Shown here: one piece after another, positions 28,452 through 37,544 of the stretch | Position numbering within the stretch: the first letter of the stretch is position 1 | Layout of the letters: each line of letters starts with the position of its first letter | IMG/VR virus record: IMGVR_UViG_3300027749_000047 | Coordinates: 1 to 64,000 of that record | Strand: one strand, 5' to 3' | DNA: 64,000 nt | DNA from: a virus | Translations under genes and position numbers: made by a program | The notes under the pieces: generated by a model | Told to the model about the DNA's origin: nothing | What the model saw: the letters and a program-made list of their open reading frames with translations, nothing else | Database searches by the model: none

Positions 28452-29137
28452 TATGCTGCTTCGTAAGTTCCACTAAAAATAATTACGTCAGCAGCAGTTT
28501 TTGTGTAAGTAGTGCTATTTAAACCTATTCTTGCTAAATATGTACCACTAGCCAAAATAAGTTGAGGCTGAAATGTTGTTGTGCTCACTGGTGCAATGGC
28601 TAAAACAGTTACAGAAGAAACGCCGGTTAAGTTACCTCTTCCAGTGCCAATCCAGTTACTATCTAAAGAAGTGACTGGCAAACTTAGCGTAAGATTACCG
28701 CTACCTACTGTTGCTGTTGTAAAAGTCCAACTACCTTTAAAAAATACTGTTTTTCCAATTTGAATCCATCGGGCTAGTGGAACAGTTGCGCCTGTAGACC
28801 ATCCTGTGCCAGTTACGGCTGGGTTGTAGTCATTCCAGGCTGCGTGATCTGCAGCTATTGTTGTACCAGAAATGCCACCTATAGTTGAGGCGCTATCTAG
28901 CGTTGCGGTTGCTGCGGTTGCTGTTAAGTTCGCAACGTTAATGGTTGCAGTACCATCGTTATAATCTGCTAAGTTACTTATTTCTAGCGGTGAAGCAACC
29001 CATTTATTGTCTAAATAAACCAATGCATCGTTTAAGTTTGGGTTTCCAACACTAACATTTGAAATGTCGTTTAGTTCATGAACATGACCACTACCTGATG
29101 AAGAGGATGTGACTTTTCCTTTATTTACTAAATCCAT
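28451..29137 (-). CDS. Receptor-binding/fibre-like protein
   Basis: HVHELNDISNV anchor-like start; C-terminal ARWIQIGKTVFFKG...LTLSLPV beta-rich head. Confidence 0.65.
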   Translation of the reverse strand: MDLVNKGKVTSSSSGSGHVHELNDISNVSVGNPNLNDALVYLDNKWVASPLEISNLADYNDGTATINVANLTATAATATLDSASTIGGISGTTIAADHAAWNDYNPAVTGTGWSTGATVPLARWIQIGKTVFFKGSWTFTTATVGSGNLTLSLPVTSLDSNWIGTGRGNLTGVSSVTVLAIAPVSTTTFQPQLILASGTYLARIGLNSTTYTKTAADVIIFSGTYEAA

Positions 29138-30657
29138 TAGATTACTGTAAACCTTAACTGGCCGTTTACTGTTGAACTACCACCTAAGTCACGATCAAAC
29201 ATCATGTAGTAGCTTGCGCTGCTAAGATTACCTGGGTCTATTCCACCAATGGTAATACCTTTGTATGTGCCTGCTTTTAGTAATGCAATCCATTCAGTTG
29301 GTAGTGTTACCCAAATTGCTTCGTTTTTGCTAAAAGCATTTGTTAAGTATTGCCACCAACCGGATTTGTCTGCTGGTGTTGCAGCTGTGTAACTAGCGGA
29401 CGTGCTTATGGTGTTAGATGATGAGTGGGTAGTGTATTTATGTAACGTTATGTTAATAAAACCAAATGATGGGCCTATTGTGGTGCTTCGTTTAAAGTAA
29501 ACTTCTGCTTGTGACCACGTACCTTCTGTAGGTATTCCAGAAAGAGCATTTGCGCCGTAATAGAAATAACTATAGTAAACGCCTGGCTGCGCACCGTATG
29601 ATGTTCCATCACCATGATAATAATTTCCAGTTGAAGTCCAAGACGTAGAGTTGTAATAACTTTGAAATTGCGTATAAACCTGTTTAGGGCTTACCGGGAA
29701 TATACCATTAACAAAAGTATCGGTAGTAAATGTTGTTGGTAAACCGTTAGGTGAAGCAACGCCGCCTACATTTGCTTGTAAAACAATAGTGTAGGTGGAG
29801 TTAATTGTTAAACCAGTAATTGTTGCACCTGATGCAACCCCACTTGCGTAAACATTTCCGCTATTAAAATCTACAATGTTGTAACTTGTTGCGCCTGCAT
29901 ATGTGCCAGTCCAAGTTATTGTTGCGCCAACATCAGATTTATCGGCAATAACTGGCGCAAATGTTGGTGCGGGTAATTGATCTAAGTTAACTGTAATTGT
30001 TTGGGCTACCGAACCGGTTTCTACAGTTGATGTTGTAGTGTTATAAACATTGCCAAAAACACTTAAAGTAAAGTCGCTTGATGCTGCAGGCGTAGGAGCA
30101 GTATACGTAAATGTTCCAGATGTTGTGGTTCCGCTGGAAATAATTTTTGCTGCGTCAACATCATATAAAGTCCAGCTTGTGGCATTAGGTACATTAAAAG
30201 AAAAGTTTATGGTGTTGTATGACGGTGTTCCAAGCGTATATGTAAATGAATCAACATAAATTGTTGTTGGATATACTTGTACCCAACGTGATTGTGGTGT
30301 TTTAAAGATCACTTCACCTTGGGTGCTTGCTGATGCAGAAAATGCTGTACCTGTTGGTGTTGCTGTAAAAGCGGTTGTACTGGTAACTGTAGCTACTGTG
30401 TAGTTGGTGTTAAGTGAACTTGGTGATGCGCCCACAACGCTAATTATGTCGCCTAAAGCAAAAGAATGACCACTGGTAACAAATGATGCTGAACTTGGTG
30501 AACTTGTTACTGTTATGGCTGTGGTTTTTGCTTTGTTAAAGTTTCTCCACGCTTTTTGCGCTGGAACAAAATTAGTATCATCAATGCAAGTAGATAATAC
30601 TTTTACGTTACTAAAAGCATGTGCTGCATTATTAGTGGATGTTTTAGGTGTTGCCAT
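29137..30657 (-). CDS. Virion-like protein with Ig/FN3-like repeats
   Basis: T/S-rich, ATITWTGTYAGATSYNI repeats; start 30657 by TAATG coupling. Confidence 0.65.
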   Translation of the reverse strand: MATPKTSTNNAAHAFSNVKVLSTCIDDTNFVPAQKAWRNFNKAKTTAITVTSSPSSASFVTSGHSFALGDIISVVGASPSSLNTNYTVATVTSTTAFTATPTGTAFSASASTQGEVIFKTPQSRWVQVYPTTIYVDSFTYTLGTPSYNTINFSFNVPNATSWTLYDVDAAKIISSGTTTSGTFTYTAPTPAASSDFTLSVFGNVYNTTTSTVETGSVAQTITVNLDQLPAPTFAPVIADKSDVGATITWTGTYAGATSYNIVDFNSGNVYASGVASGATITGLTINSTYTIVLQANVGGVASPNGLPTTFTTDTFVNGIFPVSPKQVYTQFQSYYNSTSWTSTGNYYHGDGTSYGAQPGVYYSYFYYGANALSGIPTEGTWSQAEVYFKRSTTIGPSFGFINITLHKYTTHSSSNTISTSASYTAATPADKSGWWQYLTNAFSKNEAIWVTLPTEWIALLKAGTYKGITIGGIDPGNLSSASYYMMFDRDLGGSSTVNGQLRFTVI

Positions 30658-31574
30658 TAGTATTGAACCCACAATGAAGCGTAAGGATATGTGCCAGATG
30701 TTGGTGGAGTTGAGTTAGAAATATTTACGGTTGATAAAACAGATGATGTTCCTGTAGTACCATCCCACAAATAAACATACATTGTGTTTGTGTTTTGCTG
30801 TAAATAAATAGTTCCATTAGTAATTAAACCTGATGTGTTTACTGACGTATATAGTTGCGCAGTTACTGCAGTAGCGTCGGCGTAAGACTGCACACCGGTT
30901 GATCCATAGATTCCAGTAAGGCCAAATGTCCATGATGTGTAAGTACCTGAACCCACAGTGTTTGCAACGTTTACTGTTATGGCTGTGGTAGATGATGCTG
31001 TAATAATTCCTTCGACATAATTTGAAGTATCAACAATTACGCGTACTCGCTGACCAACAACATAAGCATGAGTGGTTGTACTAAAACTCCAAGTTTTAGA
31101 ACCTGTGCCAATTGCGTTTGATGTGGTAGATGTTACACCTGAGTAGCCTGCACCTGCTGGCCCTGTAGAACCACCGCCAAAGTTACCGTTACCTGGCGAT
31201 GCTGGCCATGCGCCTGAAGCTTTAACATAAATGTTTTTATTTGTGTAATCTAAATACACATCGCCATTATTGCTAGTAGTTGGTGCTGGTGGGCTAGAAG
31301 TTGGTGCACCGCTACCTACGTAAACAGATGTGCCTGTGTCACCTTTAACGCCTTGTGGAATACTAAAGTTCCAGATGGCTGCATTAGTTGTACTGCCAGT
31401 CGCAGCCGTAACGGTAGCGCTTGATCCTGCACTACCGGTGGTTACGGTACCAATAGTGACTGTTGCTGCCACACCATCTGCGCCTGTAGCACCTGTAGGG
31501 CCTACACCACGCAATACGCCTGTTCTAACTTGTACTGTGCCGCCTGATGCTAAGCGTACTGTGTTGCTACTCAT
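30657..31574 (-). CDS. Collagen-like fibre protein
   Basis: GVGPTGATGADG...GVKGDTG...GSTGPAG; C-terminal PPTSGTYPYASLWVQY. Confidence 0.7.
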   Translation of the reverse strand: MSSNTVRLASGGTVQVRTGVLRGVGPTGATGADGVAATVTIGTVTTGSAGSSATVTAATGSTTNAAIWNFSIPQGVKGDTGTSVYVGSGAPTSSPPAPTTSNNGDVYLDYTNKNIYVKASGAWPASPGNGNFGGGSTGPAGAGYSGVTSTTSNAIGTGSKTWSFSTTTHAYVVGQRVRVIVDTSNYVEGIITASSTTAITVNVANTVGSGTYTSWTFGLTGIYGSTGVQSYADATAVTAQLYTSVNTSGLITNGTIYLQQNTNTMYVYLWDGTTGTSSVLSTVNISNSTPPTSGTYPYASLWVQY

Positions 31575-32173
31575 AATGACTCCATAATAGTTGTTCTGGT
31601 GTTGACGATAAAAAGACCTGAAACTAATTTTACTTGTGGGTTTGCAATTGGGCTAGATACGCCATCTACAGTGGCATAAACATCAATTTGATAAGTTCCA
31701 GGGTTTAAAGTTTTAGTTATTGATTTAGGTGCGCTAAGTTGCAAAACACCAGCGGTACCAGCAATTGTAATAGATGCTTGTGTTGCTGGAGTATTTGATG
31801 ATTTGAATGAAATTATTGTGTTATTTGCGCTATCTTTAATGTCTGCTCGGCAACTTTCAAACGTAGCCGTTACTGTTCCGTTAACTGCAGAAGCATTGGT
31901 GTATTGAAAAGATGTACCAGCAACGATACTGGTGATTGCAAAAATTCCGTTATTTGCTGTTACACCGCCAGAAATAGTGACATAATCACCGACCAAAAAA
32001 GCATGTCCAGTGCATGTTGCTGTTACTGTTCCGCTTGATACTGAAAGAGTTGCTGATTTTGCAAAAGAAGCTCGCACTGGCATAGCCGAACCCGTACTGT
32101 CTGCCCATAGTAATTGACACGCAAAGTCTTCACCTGCGTCCAAATCTATTTCAACATAATCGCGGTTGGCCAT
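31571..32173 (-). CDS. Fibre adaptor paralogous to 14225..14572, with inserted beta module
   Basis: IDLDAGEDF...LLW...GVLQLS...GTYQIDV...KLVSGLFIV matches 14225..14572; ~70-aa insert. Confidence 0.65.
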   Translation of the reverse strand: MANRDYVEIDLDAGEDFACQLLWADSTGSAMPVRASFAKSATLSVSSGTVTATCTGHAFLVGDYVTISGGVTANNGIFAITSIVAGTSFQYTNASAVNGTVTATFESCRADIKDSANNTIISFKSSNTPATQASITIAGTAGVLQLSAPKSITKTLNPGTYQIDVYATVDGVSSPIANPQVKLVSGLFIVNTRTTIMESL

Positions 32174-32673
32174 TAGTATTCTCCTTGATCAATCATTGTT
32201 GGTAATTCTGCTACACGCCGAAGTGCAGCAACATACTCTTCAGATGTACCTGCAACAACAATAGTGTTATTAGTTATTGTACTAGTAGGCATGTTATCTA
32301 AGCCTAAGACTTTGGCTCTTGCTTGAATAATTTTTAACGCTGTTTCTACGGCTTGCCTATCTCCAGAGATGGCATCTTGCCATACTGCGCTCTGTAATTC
32401 GTCTAAACGGTCTACTTCCATAGCCAAAAGTGAGCGTTTGTGGCCCGCATCTACTAAATCTGCGGCTTCTTTTAAGGTATCTGCAATTAGCGTATTTGCT
32501 TTGCGTTCAGATATACCTAAATATTCAGCAATTGACCATAGTGAGCGTCCTGATCTGCGCATCTCTAAAGCTTTGCGAGCCATTTCGTTGCGTTCATCTT
32601 GAATTATTGCCATGGTATTAACTTTTTTGGCTTTAGCAACGGCTTTAGTTGGTGATGCTTTTTTTACAGTCAT
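32173..32673 (-). CDS. HTH DNA-binding protein, terminase small subunit-like
   Basis: ALEMRRSGRSLWSIAEYLGIS...EVDRLDELQ..VW..AI.GD..AV...LKI...RAKVLGLD. Confidence 0.55.
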   Translation of the reverse strand: MTVKKASPTKAVAKAKKVNTMAIIQDERNEMARKALEMRRSGRSLWSIAEYLGISERKANTLIADTLKEAADLVDAGHKRSLLAMEVDRLDELQSAVWQDAISGDRQAVETALKIIQARAKVLGLDNMPTSTITNNTIVVAGTSEEYVAALRRVAELPTMIDQGEY

Positions 32674-33101
32674 TTCTTTCTTCTCCTAGGCGCTACAAAT
32701 GTTTTATCATCATAATCATCCATGGCTTTCTTTACATCATTTTTATTTTTAGCCAAAGCCGCTCTGCGTTCAAATGCCGTAAAGCCGCCCCAAACACCAT
32801 AAGGTTCATTTGTTTTTAAAGCAGTAATTAAACAATCACGTTGCACTTCACATAATTTGCAAATAGATTTAGCATAATTTATTTGCTGTGATGACATTGG
32901 TAAATCGGAGTGACCGTAAAAAATTTCTGATGGCATACCAAAACAGTATGCGTCATCCTGCCAATACTTTTTGGCCGTATAGCGCCAGGCAGGTGGAATC
33001 GATGACGTCTTGTGGTTTTTTGCATTTTTGGCAACATTCGTAGTATCTGGGATGCTTTGAGGCAAGCCATCTTTCAACGGCTTGTTTGTCCGCGTTTCCA
33101 T
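32670..33101 (-). CDS. whiB: WhiB family transcription regulator
   Basis: W...AYC...IFY...AKSICKLCEVQRDCL..AL...EPYGVWGG...ERR with four Cys; start uncertain. Confidence 0.92.
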   Translation of the reverse strand: METRTNKPLKDGLPQSIPDTTNVAKNAKNHKTSSIPPAWRYTAKKYWQDDAYCFGMPSEIFYGHSDLPMSSQQINYAKSICKLCEVQRDCLITALKTNEPYGVWGGFTAFERRAALAKNKNDVKKAMDDYDDKTFVAPRRRKK

Positions 33102-33423
33102 ACCCTAATACCGCCTTTTTCCATGATGATGGTCCAATAAATGTTACTTCTGAGTCTACCTGTTGTGACGCCAAAGCCAAAGCCCCGGCTACCATACCAA
33201 GAGATATGCCTGTTCTAACATTACGACTAACGCCCTGAATAGGCTGTTCAATAACTACCAGTTCAGGGCGCGTCGCCGTAATTTTGGTTTTTAACCATTC
33301 AGACATGGTTACTAAGTTTTTGATGTCATCTTTACTGGTCAAAATAAGTTCATCAAAAACCATGTGATTAGGGTGTGCAAACGCAATACGTCTGACGCCA
33401 TAATCAACACCTGCTGAATTCAT
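32953..33423 (-). CDS. ruvC: RuvC-like Holliday junction resolvase
   Basis: AGVDYG, VVIEQP, PSSWKKAVLGYGNADK, DVIDS. Confidence 0.85.
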   Translation of the reverse strand: MNSAGVDYGVRRIAFAHPNHMVFDELILTSKDDIKNLVTMSEWLKTKITATRPELVVIEQPIQGVSRNVRTGISLGMVAGALALASQQVDSEVTFIGPSSWKKAVLGYGNADKQAVERWLASKHPRYYECCQKCKKPQDVIDSTCLALYGQKVLAG

Positions 33424-33432
33424 ATACCATTT

Positions 33433-33510
33433 CTACCAGTTTTGCTTGTTAATGTACAGAACGACACCAAGCAAGCCACCGATTAGCAGTAAAAATACCA
33501 CTTCTCTCAT
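33433..33510 (-). CDS. 25-aa membrane peptide (not in ORF track)
   Basis: MREVVFLLLIGGLLGVVLYINKQNW; RBS AGAGG; ATGA coupling. Confidence 0.5.
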   Translation of the reverse strand: MREVVFLLLIGGLLGVVLYINKQNW

Positions 33511-33695
33511 CCTCTTTTTTCTCCTTCAATTGGTGGACCCCATGAATCCCATGGGTTTTGTCGCCAAGCAATGCGACAAATTTTGTTATCAAAAACATTG
33601 ATAAGAAGCTGACCACCTAAATTTATAGGCACATAGTATTGGTCGTCTAAATTAACTACAAAAGTAGACATTGCATCGTCAATTGGATCAGTCAT
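33507..33695 (-). CDS. Hypothetical protein
   Basis: ATG at 33695 after AAGGA. Confidence 0.6.
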   Translation of the reverse strand: MTDPIDDAMSTFVVNLDDQYYVPINLGGQLLINVFDNKICRIAWRQNPWDSWGPPIEGEKRG

Positions 33696-33873
33696 CTTTA
33701 TCCTTAATTTCTTCAATTTGTGTCAAGGCGTCACGGTATCCCATTACCAAAATATTGGCAAGTTTAAGACCGTTTAATGTACCTTCAAAAAAAGTACCTG
33801 TGTATGGTCCAGATTCATCAATATAACTGCTAATTTCTTGAGCAATTTTTTGCCTGAATTCTTCTTCAGTCAT
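33688..33873 (-). CDS. Hypothetical protein
   Basis: Coupled small ORF, MTEEEFRQKIAQEI... Confidence 0.6.
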   Translation of the reverse strand: MTEEEFRQKIAQEISSYIDESGPYTGTFFEGTLNGLKLANILVMGYRDALTQIEEIKDKDD

Positions 33874-34075
33874 CGTCAGATTCGTCATTAATAGCCTCCT
33901 CTATGGCTTCTGCACGGCATTCCCAGCAATTATTTGGGTATGCTCTACCTTTAGGATGATGGCGCCAACAACTGGCATTCATTTCATCATCATCAACAGT
34001 AATTTCTAACATGTGTGGTACCTCATTATCAACAACCAAACTTAACTTGTTTGGTCTATTAGCATAGGTTGTCAT
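33866..34075 (-). CDS. Small Cys/His protein
   Basis: CWRHH...CWEC; ATGA coupling to Cas4-like gene. Confidence 0.6.
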   Translation of the reverse strand: MTTYANRPNKLSLVVDNEVPHMLEITVDDDEMNASCWRHHPKGRAYPNNCWECRAEAIEEAINDESDDD

Positions 34076-34842
34076 TTGTTTTCCTTCCATTGAGCAGTTG
34101 GGCAAGATTCTCTAAAATCGCAATAATTGTAAGAAGAACCTGTTTTAGCAATACATGTTTCTAGCATTTCTGGTAACTCTTGCATTGCGATATGACCATG
34201 TAAAGATTCCATGAGCATTTCTAAGTTGTCATCTACTTCTTGCATTCGAGCTACGCGAAATTCTTTCCAAATTGCATGGTCACGATTTTCATACACGATT
34301 GAAAAATGACTAAGATCAAGTGCTTTCATGTAAGCATGTGTTTGCATAAGGTGTGGGAACAGTGGTGCGTTACGTTTTAGAATGTCGCGCCATTTATTAC
34401 TATTGACTGTTTTTAATTCCCAACCAGAACCATCACTAATGATTCCGTCCATTGCACCTTTTACAAGCCATGGTGAGTATTCAACTTGAACCTCAATGTC
34501 TGCTAGCCAGCCTTGCGAAAGCCCAGCTAACTGCCATCGATAATGGCCCCAAGTTCCCGCATTCATAACATCAAAACTGCCGTCAGATGGTGTTAATTTA
34601 TTTTCACCCAAATAAGACAATAAATGCTTTCGTTGGCAAGAATCACCAATTAGCGATGGGCGTATACGACCAGCACCACTTGTACGTGAGTTATCAAAAG
34701 AGTCATTATGCATGACTTCCTGTAGTCGGTCAAAGGCTTCTATAGTGATAACAGATCCGCCTTCTCGCCATTTACTCATACCAAACGTAACTGGCATATC
34801 ATTGTTTCCCATTACGCTTTTTAACAGATTAACCATACTCAT
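34072..34842 (-). CDS. Cas4-like PD-(D/E)xK exonuclease
   Basis: IRPSLIGDSCQRK, GAMDGII, WELKT, HLMQTHAYM, C-terminal C...CDFRESC cysteine cluster. Confidence 0.85.
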   Translation of the reverse strand: MSMVNLLKSVMGNNDMPVTFGMSKWREGGSVITIEAFDRLQEVMHNDSFDNSRTSGAGRIRPSLIGDSCQRKHLLSYLGENKLTPSDGSFDVMNAGTWGHYRWQLAGLSQGWLADIEVQVEYSPWLVKGAMDGIISDGSGWELKTVNSNKWRDILKRNAPLFPHLMQTHAYMKALDLSHFSIVYENRDHAIWKEFRVARMQEVDDNLEMLMESLHGHIAMQELPEMLETCIAKTGSSYNYCDFRESCPTAQWKENK

Positions 34843-37481
34843 GATTGCTCTCTTTCTAAGCCGATTAAAGCACCGGCATCGTGTAGTGCTGCGACGATAC
34901 CGCCGCATGCGGATGGTGTGTGTCCAAGTCCAAGCGATTTAGCGCCTGTAACTCTTCTTCCACTTACTTTTCGTGCAAAGTCATCAAGTGAAGTGTATGG
35001 TGCGTGTCTGACAATTTCATCAGCCGCTTTATCCCCTAAACCTTTAATTGAGGTTAACCCTTTACGAATTGCGTTCTTACTTATGTCAGCCGAATAACTT
35101 TCTTTTGACCTATTTACATGTGCTGTGCGTATTTGAACGCCCGCCTCTCTTGCAGCTTTTAGATAAAACGGTTCTTGTTTTGCGCCTGTGTAGGAATGTA
35201 GCATTCCAGCCCAAAACGCTGCTGGGTGATGTACTGCATAGTAACCTGTTATGTATGCAAGCACACCGTATGCTGTGGCGTGGGCTTTGTTAAACCCATA
35301 ACCAGCGTATGCTTCTAATGCTTCTTCTAACCATTTAAGGTCATGAATTGTCATTCCTTTTGCTAACGCTAGTTCGCGCACTCGCTTTAATAGTTCAGTT
35401 AGTTCATCGCGAGCGTTACCAACATCTGCGTTAGATGCCTTGATTACTTTGCGCATACGCTCAATTTCTTCTGAATCTAAACCAATGTTGCGCATAACAC
35501 CAATCACTTGCTCTTGGTATAACAAAACCCCATAAGTTTCTTTTGTTTCATCAGAAATAATTGCGTGCCGTTCTGGTACTGGTGATACGCGTTGGCGCCG
35601 AAGAATAAAATCCTCGGTGGCACCAGATTCCATTGTGGCTGGACGAAATAATGCCATAGCAGCAATAACGTCTGCTATTTTTGTTGGCTTTAATCGACGT
35701 ACACCATTGCGACTTGAACCACCTTCTAACTGAAATAGCCCAACCGTATTACCTTTAGACATGGCGCTGTAAACGGCTTTATCGTTTAAAGGTATGTCTT
35801 CTGGCTCTACACCTGAATATTCACGCATAATACGTAATGCTGTTAATGTTTTAAGGCCAAGCAAATCAAGTTTGACTAGCCCTAAACGTTCAACATCATC
35901 TTTATCAAAAGCAGTAACCATAGTTTTGCTCGATGCTACATACTGCAGTGGTACTACTGATGCGGCTTCAGCGCTAGGTGCTACAAGCAAACCTGCTGCG
36001 TGTACGCCATAGCCAAGGAATGCTTTTTTGTTTGCTAATCCTTTTAGGCTATTCCACTGATATGTAGTTAAAGGCAAGTCGGGGTCTTCGCCTAGTTTTC
36101 TGGCACGCATTTTCCAACGAACCATTAAGCTACCTTTCTGATCATTCTCATCATCATCTAAGCCCATTTGTAGCCAAGTGCTGATGTTAACGACGTGAAA
36201 GTTTTCACGCAACCAATTAACTACTTCATCGCGACGGTCATGCTCAACATCAATATCAATGTCTGGTGGTTTTGTGCGGTCTTTGGATAAAAATCGGTCA
36301 AAACGCAAACCCCAAATAATTGGATCAAATGAAGTAATACCTAATAACCAACAAAGCAAAGATCCAGAAGCCGAACCACGAACATTATAATTAATTTTAT
36401 GCTCGTCCATGTATTTACAAACTGAAGCCGTAAACATAAGATAGCCTGAAAAACCAGCGCTAGTAATAACATCTAATTCTTCATAAATACGTTCAAGATA
36501 TGCTTTCTTTTTATTTGGCTTTATCTTTCCTGCATCAATTTTTTCATCAAGCACTTTAAGGCTTATTTCGGCTAATTCTTTTTCTGGATTACCCGATACG
36601 GTTGTGTCTGGTACTTTGAGTTTGAATGTATCTAGTTCAGGAATAACTACATTTGCTTTTGACAACAAATCTTCAAGGCCTTGCATACCAGCACTAAAAA
36701 TTGCTGGCGCATGGTGCTCTTTCATCCATTGTGTATCAACCATGTGGTAACCGTCACCTGGGAACAAAGCATCTTCTGGTTCTTCCGACCAAGATACCAA
36801 CTCTTTCATAGTGTCATGTAGTTCACGGTCGCTTTCTTCAACATAATGCGAATCCTGTGTAATAATTACTGGTAGTCCATGCTTTTGAGCAATGCGCCAT
36901 TGTAAGTTAGAGTGCAAGTCGCTGTCTTGTCCTTCAAGATAAATAGCATGGTTTTGTATTTCTACATAAAGCCCAGAACCAAACCATCCAGCCATGCTGA
37001 GTAATAAATTATTTGTAATTTGGTCAACGTTAGCGTTTGGAGTTTTTAGTGTTTCCGATAACACACCAAACCAGCACCCTGTCATTGCCGCAATACCATC
37101 TAATCTGCCATCCTCAGCGGCTTGCGCTAAATCAGCAAAATCTAATATTGGTTTGTATTTAAATTGCTGATGTGATTGCGTGACTAGTCCGGATAAATTA
37201 CGGTAACCTTTTTCGGTAGTTGCTAACATACCTAAATGCATTGTGCTTGGTCGTTTGTGTTCACGGTTAAATGCAATGTATGCTTCAACGCCAGGTAATG
37301 GCTTTATGTCTGCTTTTTTACATGCCGTATAAAGTTGGGCTGAGCCGGCCATTGTTCCGTGATCTGTTAAACCAAGTGCTGGATACTCTAACATTTTTGC
37401 TTTATTAACAATTGCATCAACGGTAGGTAAAGCATCTTTAGCTGAATAGCGACTGTGGGTGTGGGCACTCCAGTATTTCAT
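34839..37481 (-). CDS. dnaE: DNA polymerase III alpha subunit (family C), compact
   Basis: HTHSRYS PHP motif, TDHG, RGSASGS, PPDIDID, KLDLLGL, YAGYGFNKAHA; ends after the HhH region. Confidence 0.96.
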   Translation of the reverse strand: MKYWSAHTHSRYSAKDALPTVDAIVNKAKMLEYPALGLTDHGTMAGSAQLYTACKKADIKPLPGVEAYIAFNREHKRPSTMHLGMLATTEKGYRNLSGLVTQSHQQFKYKPILDFADLAQAAEDGRLDGIAAMTGCWFGVLSETLKTPNANVDQITNNLLLSMAGWFGSGLYVEIQNHAIYLEGQDSDLHSNLQWRIAQKHGLPVIITQDSHYVEESDRELHDTMKELVSWSEEPEDALFPGDGYHMVDTQWMKEHHAPAIFSAGMQGLEDLLSKANVVIPELDTFKLKVPDTTVSGNPEKELAEISLKVLDEKIDAGKIKPNKKKAYLERIYEELDVITSAGFSGYLMFTASVCKYMDEHKINYNVRGSASGSLLCWLLGITSFDPIIWGLRFDRFLSKDRTKPPDIDIDVEHDRRDEVVNWLRENFHVVNISTWLQMGLDDDENDQKGSLMVRWKMRARKLGEDPDLPLTTYQWNSLKGLANKKAFLGYGVHAAGLLVAPSAEAASVVPLQYVASSKTMVTAFDKDDVERLGLVKLDLLGLKTLTALRIMREYSGVEPEDIPLNDKAVYSAMSKGNTVGLFQLEGGSSRNGVRRLKPTKIADVIAAMALFRPATMESGATEDFILRRQRVSPVPERHAIISDETKETYGVLLYQEQVIGVMRNIGLDSEEIERMRKVIKASNADVGNARDELTELLKRVRELALAKGMTIHDLKWLEEALEAYAGYGFNKAHATAYGVLAYITGYYAVHHPAAFWAGMLHSYTGAKQEPFYLKAAREAGVQIRTAHVNRSKESYSADISKNAIRKGLTSIKGLGDKAADEIVRHAPYTSLDDFARKVSGRRVTGAKSLGLGHTPSACGGIVAALHDAGALIGLEREQS

Positions 37482-37504
37482 ATGTTTTTCCTTTTTTAAA
37501 CGCA

Positions 37505-37535
37505 AAAGGAGCTGCCCAAATGGACAGCCCCTTTT
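37505..37535 (-). terminator. Terminator-like hairpin between SSB and dnaE
   Basis: Minus strand AAAAGGGGCTG-TCCATTTGGG-CAGCTCCTTTT. Confidence 0.6.
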
Positions 37536-37544
37536 ACTTAGTGT

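Noticed and set aside
28280-32700. Invertible host-range switch (Mu G-segment type) for the reversed fibre cassette
   Set aside because: No serine or tyrosine invertase gene and no flanking inverted repeats were found, and the cassette is translationally coupled to upstream genes.
34072-34842. CRISPR-Cas link for the Cas4-like gene
   Set aside because: No repeat-spacer array or other cas genes were seen; stand-alone Cas4-like exonucleases are common in phage replication modules.
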